From: Phoronis australis
Taxonomy: Eukaryota > Animalia > Phoronida
Assembly: GCA_002633005.1 (NCBI GenBank)
Contig: NMRA01000533.1
Span: forward strand, 113,844 to 177,843
Direction: 5' to 3'
DNA length: 64,000 nt
Within the stretch, counting starts at the first letter, position 1. Each line of letters begins with the position of its first letter. The position numbers and the translations under genes were made by a program. A model generated the notes under the pieces. That model was not told the origin of the DNA, made no database searches, and worked only from the letters and a program-made list of their open reading frames with translations. This document shows positions 40,201-53,066 of this stretch, piece after piece.

Positions 40201-42287
40201 GTTAAATTTCTTTCGTCTAATCCACGTTTTACAATAGATGCCAATGTACAGGTACACACTGGATTGTCATCATTGCATAATGGGTGATCACGTAGTCTCC
40301 GGGCATGAAAACAATTCTCTCCTGGCGTGATAAGTTTTCTGAGGCAATAAATCCTGATTGCCAATTGTTTTTGACTCTACAGAGATTTCATTTGCTGGAT
40401 AGAAAATGTGTGTTCTGGACTTTTCCTCGTCAACTTTCCATTTAGCTAACTAGTGCACAGCACAGTGTTTTTTAATATCCCATGGCGTCTCCACTGCAAC
40501 GAATCACTCCTGGTACATCTTTTTCGTAAATGACGTTCGTATTTTGCACATTTCTTCAGGGTAACAGTTTTCCGAGAGCTATATATTCATTGGTCAAGTT
40601 TCTGTTTGGTATTCGGTTTTAATTTCCTTCTCAGGTAGTCATTGAGCTCATGCTCAGAAACTTTTGAAAACGCGACTCTTCTTTACGCAGATATGTTTTC
40701 TGCCCGTGGCCACCGACTCGCAGAATTCATCAACCAAACATTGATTTTTGAAAATGTCCCAAAAATGGATTTTTTAAAACACCGTGTTGACCATATTTGT
40801 CAGTGTAGAAAAGCGGAATGAACAAATTTGTGCACAGTGCTCAAATCACTTTTGTGGACATACGGAAATGCCAACGTCTCTGTCTTACAACGCTGCGTGT
40901 GCTTGGCATTTCAGGTAAAGCGCTCTCATGCTGGATTTTATTTAAGATTGCACACCTTTTCAAAAAAAAATGGTCTCATTTTTACAGCTGAGCACAGTTC
41001 TGAGAATTGTACCGCGATTTTAGGACTGAAACGGTACCAAATCTCGAGTGGTGACTCTTTAGAATGTACAACACTCGGGGAGAGGGGGTAGCAATACAAG
41101 CATGATTTTCTATTTTCGCGCCGAACATGTACATGTAGTTGTCACTTGTCATTCAGCTTCACTTACAACCTAAGGTGGCCAGATCATACGCTATAAATAT
41201 CACCAGACGCTTTGCTTTTGAAAAGTGCACCTTGGTGTATTTTCTAGCTTTTTTTCGACATCGCAATCGCTTTACCGATAACTCACGCATATATGCCGCG
41301 TAGAGACAAATGCCTCATCACCAAGAATTCACATCTTCCCGTTCACAATTGTTTTACTTTACATAATTTGCCAATATGTTGTTGACAAAAAAGTACTTAT
41401 TTTCGAACTACGTGATCTACCAACATATAGGGGTCTACGCGTACATGTACATGTAACTAGCCCAGATTTTAGCGTCACCGATACATGAAAACGGAAAGCA
41501 CAAAGCTACAATTGGCTGTAGCCTCAACAGTGGACATTCCGTGTTTTATGTCAAAGTCTAAGTTTGTGGAAATCTTAACCACAGGATGATTTCGAAGTTA
41601 CAGCCATCGAAGTCCGTGGGTGTAGGGCATACTGGACCGTGAATTTCGGGTCTGTACTGCAATGGTCAATACTATGAAAATAAAATCCCAGGAGTGAGAG
41701 CTCTTCGCGGTGTAACAACTCACTTACTATCCCATCATACGGGACGCGTTACACAAACAAAATCAATTGTTTGCGAATACTGTCAAAGATTGCTGTGTTT
41801 ACAAAATGACTACAGCGTTGTATTGACCGGGAAGCAGCCAATCTAATGCAATTTGTCAACATCACGAGTCAAATTAAAGATCAAAGGTAAAAAAACTTTC
41901 ACGTTTTTTTATCCAAAAGTTGTTGCAATGCCCATAATCCAATGCTTACCTTTACTGCTTGCATTTAACCTTCGAATTAGTGGTGTTACACAACCGATGT
42001 GAACTCATGTAACCGAGACAGTTAAACTATGCTAATTTATTTGACCCTGTGCTCAGAGGAATACGCATCGACAGGCAAAAAGGTATCAGCCTTACGTAGC
42101 CGCCGTCCAGCTGGTCGGCTGATGGCCGGTCGGCTGAAGGGTCGGCTGGAGAGTCGCCCTATGAGTCGGTACTGCGGGCGGCTGACGGTCTGCTTATTTT
42201 TAGACGACCAGTCGGCTAATTTGCCGACCAGTCGACGGCTGGTCATCGTCCAATTTCCGACCGGTCGGAAAAAATTCGTTTTGCGTG
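37243..42287. mobile_element. Second CACTA/EnSpm-like non-autonomous DNA transposon, 5.0 kb
   Basis: Imperfect TIRs CACaCAtcACGAATTTTTgTCCaACCGGTCGGAAATTGG vs reverse complement of the right end CACgCAaaACGAATTTTTTCCgACCGGTCGGAAATTGG. GC-rich GCCGACC subterminal repeats. Absent from module 1 and 3 introns. No clean TSD seen. Confidence 0.7.
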
Positions 42288-43132
42288 TTGTATAATTGCA
42301 CTGTACAGGGAATCGCATTTGTCGCGTTTATCCCACTTTAAAGGGATACCAGGTTTATTAAAAGATATTAAAAACGACTTTCCCACTCACCCCTCTAAAA
42401 CACTCTCCGTAACTCTTGTCAGCGGCGGATTAAGAGGGGGGCCAAAGTTCTCTTGGATCACACTTCGTAGTTCGGGGATGCGAATATCTGAACCCAAAGT
42501 CATGGCTAATTCTTTGATGTGGCTCTGCATCTCAAAATCCTGGATCTGCCGCTGCATGTCGATCCTCAAAAGTTATCATAAGATTTTGAAAGCTCCTACT
42601 CGGTGTGCTCAATTGGCAATCGTGACATACAGTTTTGACGAGTTACATTACACGACAACTGTAGGGAAAGTACCCTCCATAAACCATCAAAGTATCCGTC
42701 TCGTGACATTGTGATTTTGTTTTTATTTGAATCCTGCATTTTTCACTGAGGCGTAGGTGGTGAATTACTGTAGCTAGGGCCTCGGTCAAAATCGACACAA
42801 CAGGGTTAATTATACTTTTAAAGAAAAAGGAGAAGTAGAACAATTAACTTTTTCATCCATCGACTGCACCAACATGCAGACTGTAGCAGTGTGTGAATTA
42901 GTGACTTATGGAATATCGATATGCCATTGCATTCTAATTGAAGAATATTTGCTTAACACTATTACATGTATACACCGATTTGTGAATATTTCAACTTCGG
43001 GAAATCGATAAATAGAGGAAGTTAATTCACTGGGATGTGTCGATGTCGAAATAACTGTGAATCTTACAGAGGGTTAAGACAATTTACTAAATGACCAATA
43101 TAGTTTCGGAGACTACAATCGTTTTATTTCAG

Positions 43133-43311
43133 GTGTCTGAACATACATGATGGCAGAACAGAATACGCACCAATACGTGCGTCTTATTGCGGAAAAAAGT
43201 CCAATACAGTCCTGGTGTCCTTCGGAAGCAGCTTATACCTCAAATTTGTTACCGGCAGTGATGTACAAGGGACTGGATTTGAGATAAAATACGAATTTAC
43301 TGACGCCACAG
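43133..43311 (+). CDS. CUB module 2, C-terminal half exon (B2, phase 2-1); not in the ORF track
   Basis: Acceptor ttttatttcAG, donor GTATGA at 43312. Manual translation: CLNIHDGRTEYAPIRASYCGKKSNTVLVSFGSSLYLKFVTGSDVQGTGFEIKYEFTDAT, open frame. Confidence 0.88.
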
Positions 43312-45125
43312 GTATGAATAAAACTGGAATTCAAACTAAGTTCCAAACATGCGATTAGACTTGGTGCCAAGCTAATACTGGTGGATTGATTAATTGCAAT
43401 TAAAGAGCATTTGTAACTGGATTTGATTGTCGCTAAAAGTGGCAGGTGTGAGTGAGTTTAAATTATATAGATAACTATGCTGGGATGATTATAGTGACCG
43501 AGGACGATGATGACGATTAATTTGGCAGTGGTTATGGTGATGGTTTAGTCTCCATTGAATGGTCAAACAATTGAAAGACATGAGACAGCTTTTGAAGTTA
43601 ACCCAGGTTATGATCTCATATTTGCCTTCTTGTGTGTAGTCGATTTAGTTGGTGTTGCTTTTTGTGTCTTGTTTTGCTGGAGTTACTTGTACAGCTGAAG
43701 CTATTGATTATCATAATGACAATAATATTAATTATGTTGTTAAAGTCTATCAGTGGAAATTTTCTGGTAATGTTTTTCACACCACCTAATGACTGATCTG
43801 GGGCTTCTGGAGTTATTGACGTAAGCTGTTGTACGAAACACGTGACTACGGGTTACTACAAAAACAGGCCACCAAACAGGTTCCATACATGTACCTCCGG
43901 TCGAGGTACATTGGTTGCTAGTATGTACCAGATTTTTATACGACATCAAATGACTATTAGTGGATTGCAAAACGGCCAGTGAGGTAACAGGTGTGTGCAA
44001 AATGCAGAATATGCTAAACTGTTGGCTTTGGAAATACTGAGAATGCTAACATGTGCTTTTTCTGTATTATATTGAACTGTTATTGCGAATATGTTATATT
44101 ACTACGAGGTGGATATTTTTCTTTGCTCTTCTTTTTACGCGAAATATTATTTGGTTCGTTTATTACATAACACCCAATTTACAATATCGGGCCCACCAAA
44201 GGTTGCATTACAATAACTTCGAATTTGATTCCTTATTATCACTAGATTGAATTAGGATTAATTAGTTTAGTTTAATTGAACACGGTTCTGTTCGAAACAT
44301 AGTTTACCATATAATTTGAAATGATTAATAATAGAAAACGGCGGAGTTTGAAAAAAAGTAGTTCATCAACCAATGTTCCTTCACTCAGCGGGATATTTAT
44401 GAGATGGAAATGCTTTGGATGTACATTCAAACGTCCTTTCCGACTGTGTAATCAAAGTTGAAGGTGTGAGTGCACGTGTTGGCTCCCATCTGTTTGGCTA
44501 CATGATCATAACTGGGACTTGTCTGTTTAGTTTGCCTGCTCTAGTGACGAGGGGACATTTGCTAATTTTGTTTGTTGCTGCTCTGTTTGATAGTTTACAG
44601 GCACTTAAATAATTCCAACGCTCTTTTCAGCAACTACGACAACAGATCGTAATTGTTTGTGAAATATTTATCTCTGACACATGGCTTTGCTGAATAATCT
44701 TATAGTTGAGATTCACCCGATTGAGGCCACAAACACAGACCCCATCAAACGGAAACGTTTTAGTTAGTAGGTAAACCTCAAGAGAATGCCACTGCAACTC
44801 TACTTAACACTTACAGACAAACACTCAATCGGTGCATTTTGGCAACAACTGCTATTGCTTTTGAACAAAAGGCTCCTGAGGAGTCTGTCTTCCAAGGGCT
44901 TTATCGTAAGCTGGAAATAAAAGCTGCCTCGTTGCGTCCCGATGCAAGAGCGAAAGTCAGTTAGCATTACTTCTCCAAGGTCTCTGAGGAATCTAAAATT
45001 GACAGAAGCTTATGTTTTGTTTACCACCACTGGAGCTATGGAAATTGAGATCCCGTTGTACTCGAGAGCGACAATTGACCGTTTAATCACACCCCATTAC
45101 TTGAAAGTGCCTTCTTGTTTTGCAG

Positions 45126-45312
45126 ATAACGGGGAATCAGGTTGCGGCAGTGTTGGAATCATCACCACTGCTCCGGGTAAAATATCATCTCACAACTCGT
45201 TCGACGGAAAAACTACATACAGCCCTAGCCTGTACTGCGAGTGGTCTATAAAGGCTCCGGCTGGGAAGCGGGTGAAGATAGTACTCGTTCATTTTCACCT
45301 AGAGGATAATGG
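45126..45312 (+). CDS. CUB module 3, N-terminal half exon (A3, phase 1-2)
   Basis: Acceptor gttttgcAG, donor GTAAAT at 45313. Reads SGCGSVGIITTAPGKISSHNSFDGKTTYSPSLYCEWSIKAPAGKRVKIVLVHFHLEDN. Confidence 0.9.
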
Positions 45313-45928
45313 GTAAATGCATCTTATACAAAAATGCTTGCGGTAATTGCGTCTAGTATGAAATAGTACAGTTTTGGTATGGATCCTTGGCAATCATGAT
45401 ATCGAACAGAGGCCGAGATTATTCAGGTGTGTAATAAAATATATACCACAGTTTGATGTAATGCTGTTTACATAGCAAAGACGTTCTTTTTATAATTAAG
45501 ATGTACTGTAGCATATGAAGTTGTCGATAGGTTGAGTAACTGTAAAAAAATTGGGAACATGTTTACACGTATTTTGTTCACATCGCTGGTGTAACCGTGG
45601 AAGTGAGTGTGTAGGAAAGACAGACGTATTGCGCTACACTCTTGTGTTAAATTAGCAGAAATGGCTGACTTGAGTACTTCCCTTAGCTGTTAACATCACG
45701 ACAAGGCGTTGTTTGAACATGCATCCGACATACGTTACAACTAGTACATGTATACCACAGCATCGTCGAGGAACTGCAGTATTACGTGAAGTTGTATTGA
45801 TAGCTTCACTGCACAGGGATTCACTTTTGTCACGCTCATCCCACTTTAAAGGGATACTAAGCTTATTAGTTGATATCAAAACGACTTTACGACCGAGTTC
45901 CCTAAAAATATGTCCCGGTATCACTTGT

Positions 45929-46066
45929 CAGTGGCAGATTTGGAGGGGGTCCACTACAATTCTCTTAGAACACATTTGGCGGTTCGGGGTTGCAAATGTT
46001 TGACGGCAAAATCATGGCTAATACTGCGTCGTGTCCTCCCAACTCAAAGTCCTGGATCCGCCGCTG
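45929..46066. mobile_element. Short CAG(T/G)GGCGGAT...ATCCGCC(G/A)CTG MITE; orthologous copies at about 28089-28213 and 42420-42554, relatives at about 2715, 11080, 18437 and 22531
   Basis: TIR-like ends cagtggcagattt / ggatccgccgctg. Found at the same position in all three A-B introns, so it predates the duplications. Confidence 0.65.
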
Positions 46067-46646
46067 AAGGTAAACCCTCAACATTTACTGTATCATCACA
46101 TAATAAAAGCTCTCATTTGGTATGTTAAACTGCAGGCAAGCGTGACCTACATTATACTTTTTAGACGAGTTATACACGTACAATTACTATAGAGAAATGC
46201 CACCCATCATGAACCATCAAAGTATCTGTCCTGTGACATTGTTAGTGTGTTTTAGTTGAATCCTGCCTTTTTCAATGGGGCGCAGGTGGTGGATTACTAG
46301 AGCTAGGGCAAGAGTCAAAATCGCCAAAACAGGGCTAAGTATCCTTTTAAAGGAATTGAAAAAGTAGAACACTTACTGTAACTTGTTTTAGCCGTCGACT
46401 GCAACAACATGAAAACGGTAGCAAACCCTGATTATTAGTGACATATCAAATATCGATGCACCATTTCATACCAACTGTATTACACTTCTTTTACATTGTG
46501 ACGTGTAGACACCGATTCGTCAATATGTGAAATTCAACATATCGATGATTAGCGGAATTTAAAACACTGCTATATTTCGATTTTGATGTAACTATAAATA
46601 TGACCAAGGTTTTAGGCGAGTGAACACTTCAATCCTTTTACTTCAG

Positions 46647-46837
46647 GTGTAAAAATGATTACCTGGCAATCCATGATGGCAGAACAGCATTCACACCTAA
46701 TCTTGGCGTATATTGCGGGGGAAAGCCCAATACAGTGGTTGTGTCCAACGGGAGGAGCTTATACCTCAACTTCACTACAAACGATATTGCTCAATTCACT
46801 GGTTTTGAGATTGAATACGACTTTATTGACGCCAAAG
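46647..46837 (+). CDS. CUB module 3, C-terminal half exon (B3, phase 2-1)
   Basis: Acceptor ttttacttcAG, donor GTATGA at 46838. Reads CKNDYLAIHDGRTAFTPNLGVYCGGKPNTVVVSNGRSLYLNFTTNDIAQFTGFEIEYDF, canonical CUB CxxDYLxIxDG...YCG...GF. Confidence 0.92.
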
Positions 46838-48037
46838 GTATGAAGAAAACTCAAAGTCACACTTCTAGTCCAGTCATTCTAAGGATGACTCGGAAAAATT
46901 GCAACAGAAGGTTTTACTGTATGAATCGTAATCTCTCACACCACTTAGTGGGAAAAAGTCTACCGGAATCGGAGTGGTGGAAGTTGATTTTTCAAGATGG
47001 CGGACAAAATAGCCGCCAGATTTTCTGATGATCAGTATAACTCAAGAGTGGAAAGTGATAGAGTAAAAATACAAAAACGTTTATCTATGTTTTGTGGGTC
47101 AACAATCCAATTGAAATGGTTTTGCATGGCTCTGGTGACACCGTCCCTCATCTTCCAAGATGACTGCCTAATCTACTTGAGTTGCAATACTTCGCACAAA
47201 CACATTAGTGTTATCTTGATATAAACATTGCACTATAGGACCATAGGTTTTCTTGGTCGACCAATCCATTGAGAGTCATTGAGTTTAGCTCTACTGATTA
47301 GTTCTGCCATTTTTAAGATGTCCACCAAATAGTTGATTCAAATGCCAGAGACACTTCATCTTAAAAGTGTTTATATCCTACGTTTTTTTGGTCAACATGT
47401 CCATTAAAGTTAATTTTTGTCTGGCTCTGGTGATCATGACTACCATTTTCAAGAGTGTTAAAGGAATGACAACTTATTTGGATGAAAAACTTCAGGTTCG
47501 CCGGGACTGAAGGGTCGTTCTCCTGAAAAATGGGCTCTATCGAAATTAGTTCTCTTTGATTAATTTAGTGATCTACATGTACTATCCACACCAATTGACC
47601 GTCTGTGTCACCTCCAGTTAGATTTAAATGTTTGTGAATACAGCAACAGTTCAGGCAAAAGGCAAGATAAAGGTTTAACAAGGCATATTATTATACAGCT
47701 TACAAGTCCTTGCACAGATAACAATAGGCATCTCTTTCAGTGATGTTTTTAAGTCTGTCCAAAGCAGTAATTCTCAGACAGTGACCAAAATTTATATACA
47801 ATCAACCACTATTTACACAACTAGTCGCTGTCAACCAAGAATGAATTGGTGCAGCTTATGCCATGGCATTCTTCACATGCAACCAAACATGGCAATGCTA
47901 ACTTCTTGCAAGTACATATCTTGGAACTGCAGTCCGCCTTGCATGATCACCTTCTTAGTTTCAGAAGGTTCTCTGGTGCTGCAGGCTTGTCTGTCGTCAT
48001 GGGAATGGGTTTTTCACCTGCCAGCATCCATCCTTAA

Positions 48038-51000
48038 AGAGTTCCCACCATGCATTTTCTTACTTTTTCAGGTTTCAGTTAGCTAATATGAATCGAATAC
48101 CAAAAAATCTTGCTAAATAGGCACTTTTTATGCCAAATAGTGGCAACTGTTTTAATTTTGAAGAAAAATTGCTTATTTCTAAGTTTCCCGCCAAATGATG
48201 CAATGGGTGGAAGACGGTTGGCCGCTTGACAATCATTTGCAATGTCTGAACACTGCAGGTCAGAAGACAATGACAATATTAGGCGAGAATTGTACAATCA
48301 TTGTGCAGACAGAGAGGAGAGTGGATACGGGCACTTATACTCAAGTACTTGAAGAATCACTGCAGACAATGAATTCGATTTCCCATTTAGCGAACTTTCG
48401 TCGGGTTCATAACGCTAAGCCCTCGTGAGAGACCGCCCCGAGTTGGCTGCTGGAGCAACTCGGGGCGGTCTGGGATCAAGCAGAAAAACCACAGGGTAAA
48501 TCTGAGGTCGACGAATCTATTCGGTCGATTACATTTTATTGCCCGTGAAGCCGCTAAGGGCTGCCTGAAGAAATATGACTCGCGCGTTTGTATTTTCGCC
48601 TTTTCCAATGACATGTAAACGTTTCATCAACAAATTCCTCGTAAAATTCTGAAAACAAGCGTTTTTCTCCCACGAAAATCGATGAAGTTTTGGCCGAGAT
48701 ATTTCACTTTCAGTCCAGGCTAGGCCTGCATACTCAGAGAATCGTCACACAAGATTACTACGCGGTAATGCGGTTTCACTGTCAACAAAGGAAGACGTCA
48801 AAATTGACTTATAATTGTCATTTTTAAACTATTTGCATGTTAAATTATCAAAATGTAAGTAAAATCGTACTCTATATTTTAACAAGAAAACAGCAATTTC
48901 ATTTTGGTGAACATGTCTATAACGACCTAACTCGCGCATGGTGGTGAGTAGCGAGTCCGGCCAACACGAGGATGGCTGTGTTGTTGTTTTTGCTCTCAAC
49001 TCAAAAGTAGCCGTTTCAAAATGGAATATGGACAGAAAATGCAGGCAGTTGACGAAAACGGCCATTGGAAGGAAGCAATTCAGCGGGGAGTAAATGACAG
49101 CGCTGGGAATTCACGTCGGTTTTCCTGGATGGCCGTCTGAGTTTGACCAGCTCGTCGAGCCGTGATTCGTGAGAGGCTGAGCCGATCGACTACGTCGGGC
49201 TCGGTACCTGGGCCTGGTGAAGAAAAACGTAAGTATTTTTTGTCATCCCTTATGCTCGCATGATGCTGTTGGCTGTATAAATAAAATATACCGTGTTTGC
49301 GTGAGATTTTGTGTTCATGAAATTACAGACTATGTACTTGTACCACATTTAAAGTCAGAAAAACATTGTTACTTAGTGAAAGATAAACGTCTGGACGAAT
49401 ATACCATGGTGCCTTCAATGTTGTGTTTGTTCTTTGTAAAGTAGATTTACTGTAACAAGTCCGATGTTGTCGGATTGAATTGGTATTCCGAGATTTTCAA
49501 TGCCAGTGGCAGATTCAGAATTTTTGGAATGGTTTTCGCAAATGAAATAATGTCAAGCCATTGTTTTAAATTACCATTTAAGTTTTATTAATAAGAGGTG
49601 GAGACAGCAATCTTCAGCCGTGTCTTTGTTACCTTGTTCTCATTTCTTTACATTTGTTTATGTTTCATTTCCTTGTTTTCTGTAGATCCCCCCAACCCCC
49701 TTGCTATAGTGCACTCTGTTGACTGAATTTGATGACATAATATATTGATAAGCTATTGTATTCTGCATACCAGTACTAACCTAACCCTTATTCCTACACA
49801 CCTGGCCCTATTGTTCACTCTTGACTTTTGCTTACAAAATAATCCAGTCCAGTCTACACCCTGATTGCTTAGTTTAATATTTACCAGTGAGTAAACTGTA
49901 TTTCACTTGTTGAACCTTTTCTTACTATCATGCAGCTCTTGCTTGACAGTGCACATGTACTTTTATCTCCTCTTTTTCGAACCACTCATTAAAGCATTTT
50001 ATGGGGTTCGGTTTCTTTTCATGAATATTTTCATCGTTGGTTTCTAGTTCGTTCAACTGCTTCCCAAAACATCCATTTCTTCATAATTTTAAAACTCCTG
50101 AGTCCTGAGCATTGAGCAACACTCAACAAGCCCTCTCAAAAATGTTGCCCTTCCAAAGAGTGATGTGACCTTCTGACTACATGAGTGTAAGTTGTGGTAC
50201 ACTAATGCACGTGCACAAGGTCATCAGCACCAGAAGTTTTAAAATCACACCACCAAAACTGTGACTGTTTACATTTCAGAGAGCTCTCCATGACAATTTC
50301 AAGAAGGTATACCGCTTGACAGTTGCATTGATGTTCACATTGAAGCCTGGAGAATACAGACTTGTTCAGGGCTTGGGATTTCCGTCTTTTAAGAGGAATT
50401 CTTTTTTTGGTGTCGATTTTCTCTAATTGGATTTCCAGTTTCCTCTTTTTATGATTTTTTCGACTTTATTAAATGTTTAGTTCAGGTAAATTTTACATCC
50501 AAAAATGTCTATCACCCAAGCCTATTTTTTGTGTATCATACATCAGCTGGAAATTTCTCCGCTGTTTTTGGCATTGCTCATTCCAAGCTCTGCTTATTTT
50601 TCGTGAAGTAACTAGAGTGGATTTCATAACATACCAGTTTATTGTACTGGATTCTTCTTGGGTTTATCAACTGTAAACTAACACTAATAGGAGCATAGGA
50701 TAATAGCCACCTGTTTTAAGTTCGCACAAAATTAAAGTACAAAATTCCAACGTAATTTCGAGTTCCAATTCCTGTAAAAAGATCAATGACAGGGCCCAGG
50801 TATCAATTCCGGTATTTTTGGCACTTAATCATGTTTGAGAGTGTTGTACTGTGTTTGGAAATTTGTTTGAAAAGATGTTTTTTTTCTGCTCAACAGCTTA
50901 TGACCTTACTGGATTTAAGGGCCCCACCAGAGGATTTATTAGTGTGCCCTCCACTCATTTCCAATGTTCTATGTATATCAAATGCTTTGAGATGCCAGCA

Positions 51001-53066
51001 GGGTAGTATTCTGCATGCAGCTTTGTTGACCATTGTGGTCAGTGAGAATGTCCTACTCACATGTGTATGAATGCATAGTATGTGCACCTCATTCATGTAC
51101 CACACCAGTATTGCCTGTGTGGTTTTGGAAATGTGTAAGCTGCTTGTGTTGTATGGGCATTGTTGAGCTTGAANNNNNNNNNNATGTTTAACCACAAAAA
51201 ACAAGTGAAAGAGTTACTTTTTCAGGTAAGCGACGCGTTGCGCGCTTTGGTTGTTTTTGTCCGTTTTAGGTGGCAAGTGGCGCTTTTTTCTTTGACGATT
51301 TCGCTGAGGTACGTTTCAGAAAATCGTACTGTAGGCCTATGTCATTTTTTCTGTGCCAGTTAATTTAGGTACACAGCAACTGAAAAAATGGATAAATCAC
51401 GTCATTTTAAATCTCCATAACGCTCCGTTATGGCCACTTCGACTTGGATGGATTTTGGCTCTTTCAGTTCAAACACTCCACCATGCTATATTTTTTGAAG
51501 TTCGTTAACGAAAACTGCGTACCAGGATGTAAGGTTCGTGCCCTCCACCTCGAGTTTTAGTTGCCAATTTTGACATGAAAATGATGTTGATATTTATGCG
51601 TTCCTTGACGAGAATTTCAGCAAGTCAAGTTTTGCCTAATTCAGCTTTTCATTCATTTTTATACCGTGTATGGTCGCTGGCAAAATAAGATACCATCAAG
51701 ATTTTAGTCTAGATGTTTCCTAACTCGGTTTTTGTCCATAATTCTAGTAATAGGAATCTGATTATGAGCGCGCAAGAGAAGACGGAACATATTTGCGACG
51801 TTTCGTTTACTCAAAGTTAATGAGCCTAAACGTCAGAAAATATTTGTTTTCTCTTTCTCGCTTATAATGATTTTCAAGGGTTTCTGTTATTCAATTTCGG
51901 CAAGGTCGTCGCTTTCTCGCAAAACTACCGATTGGATGATCAATTACGCACTTATTTGCTCTCCGTTTTAACGTTGATCATCGTCAATACACCTCCAAAA
52001 ATTGCACATCGTCTTTGCGCAAACTACATTGAGACTTAAATCTCCCGAAAAAAATTGACGATTGGATAGTGTTTAAAAGTCTAATTCTAAATTTCTCCAG
52101 CTAGTGCACAAATGAAGTAAAAGAAAGTAGTTCTGCTTGTCGCGTCAGCTGTTGGTATCATTATCTCGATTTATAACCCACAACGCGTGACTGGACAAAG
52201 CCTTTTCAAATTAGCCGGTGGAGCGCGAGACCCCTGAGGTCCCAATCGAGTCCTCACGACAACTCCGCGTTATGTTTCAGGCCGTATGAACTCGACCCAC
52301 TTGCACGAGAAATGACATATGTGAGCCACAACCAACTCTACCAAGTGGTAGTAACTACTCACAAAATAGACACTTAACAATTACTGACAAAGGCCACAGC
52401 CAACCTGGGTTACTCGTATTCACCATTGCCGTGATGGAATGAGCACAGTCTAAACACAATATGCATAAGCCTACTTGTAGTAGCACTCGATCTGGGTCGG
52501 GGTCCAGGGCCTGGCTTCACTCGCCCTAGAATGGAAACAGTTTGTTCGTTATTTACAAAAATTGCAAATGCACTTACTTGGTGGTGAGTCCTTCATTGTA
52601 ACGCCGGTTATGTGTGTGGTCGAAACACGATTCTTTGGAATTTGCCGATCAAAGTGTGGCTTACGCCAAACTGAATCGCATGTTCAACACTGACACTCCA
52701 CACTCTTGTGCGCCGCCCATGACAAACCGATGCCATTTTTGTGCAACTTTCACGTATTTAGGAAATTTGAACACTAAGACGTTCACAGTCAAGTTGTTGT
52801 TACCACAGTTTCCACAAACGCGCCTTTTCGTGTCTGAAAAAGACGGCTCCACGCGGACTTTCTTCACAACTCCTCAGTATCGCACTGGTAAAACAACAAC
52901 GGCTGAGACGGTCTTCCACCCATTGCGTACAAACTCGATAACAGAAAAGTATATTTTTAAAATTTTTAGATTGTTTCGTAGCAACAGGTGTATTAAAGGC
53001 TATTAAATCTGTTAAGATTTAATAATAAAATTCCTTTTTGAGACACAGGGTCATGGTGGGAACTCT
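48038..53066 (-). mobile_element. Kolobok-like DNA transposon nested in the Academ ORF
   Basis: Perfect 15-bp TIR AGAGTTCCCACCATG with TTAA TSD (48034-37, 53067-70). Removing it rejoins Academ PLD*GWML. THAP domain on the minus strand (ORF 52661-52867: CGNCGNNN...VFKFPKYVKVAQKWHRFV). Contains the N gap. Confidence 0.85.
51174..51183. other. Assembly gap (10 N)
   Basis: Run of n characters. Confidence 0.99.
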
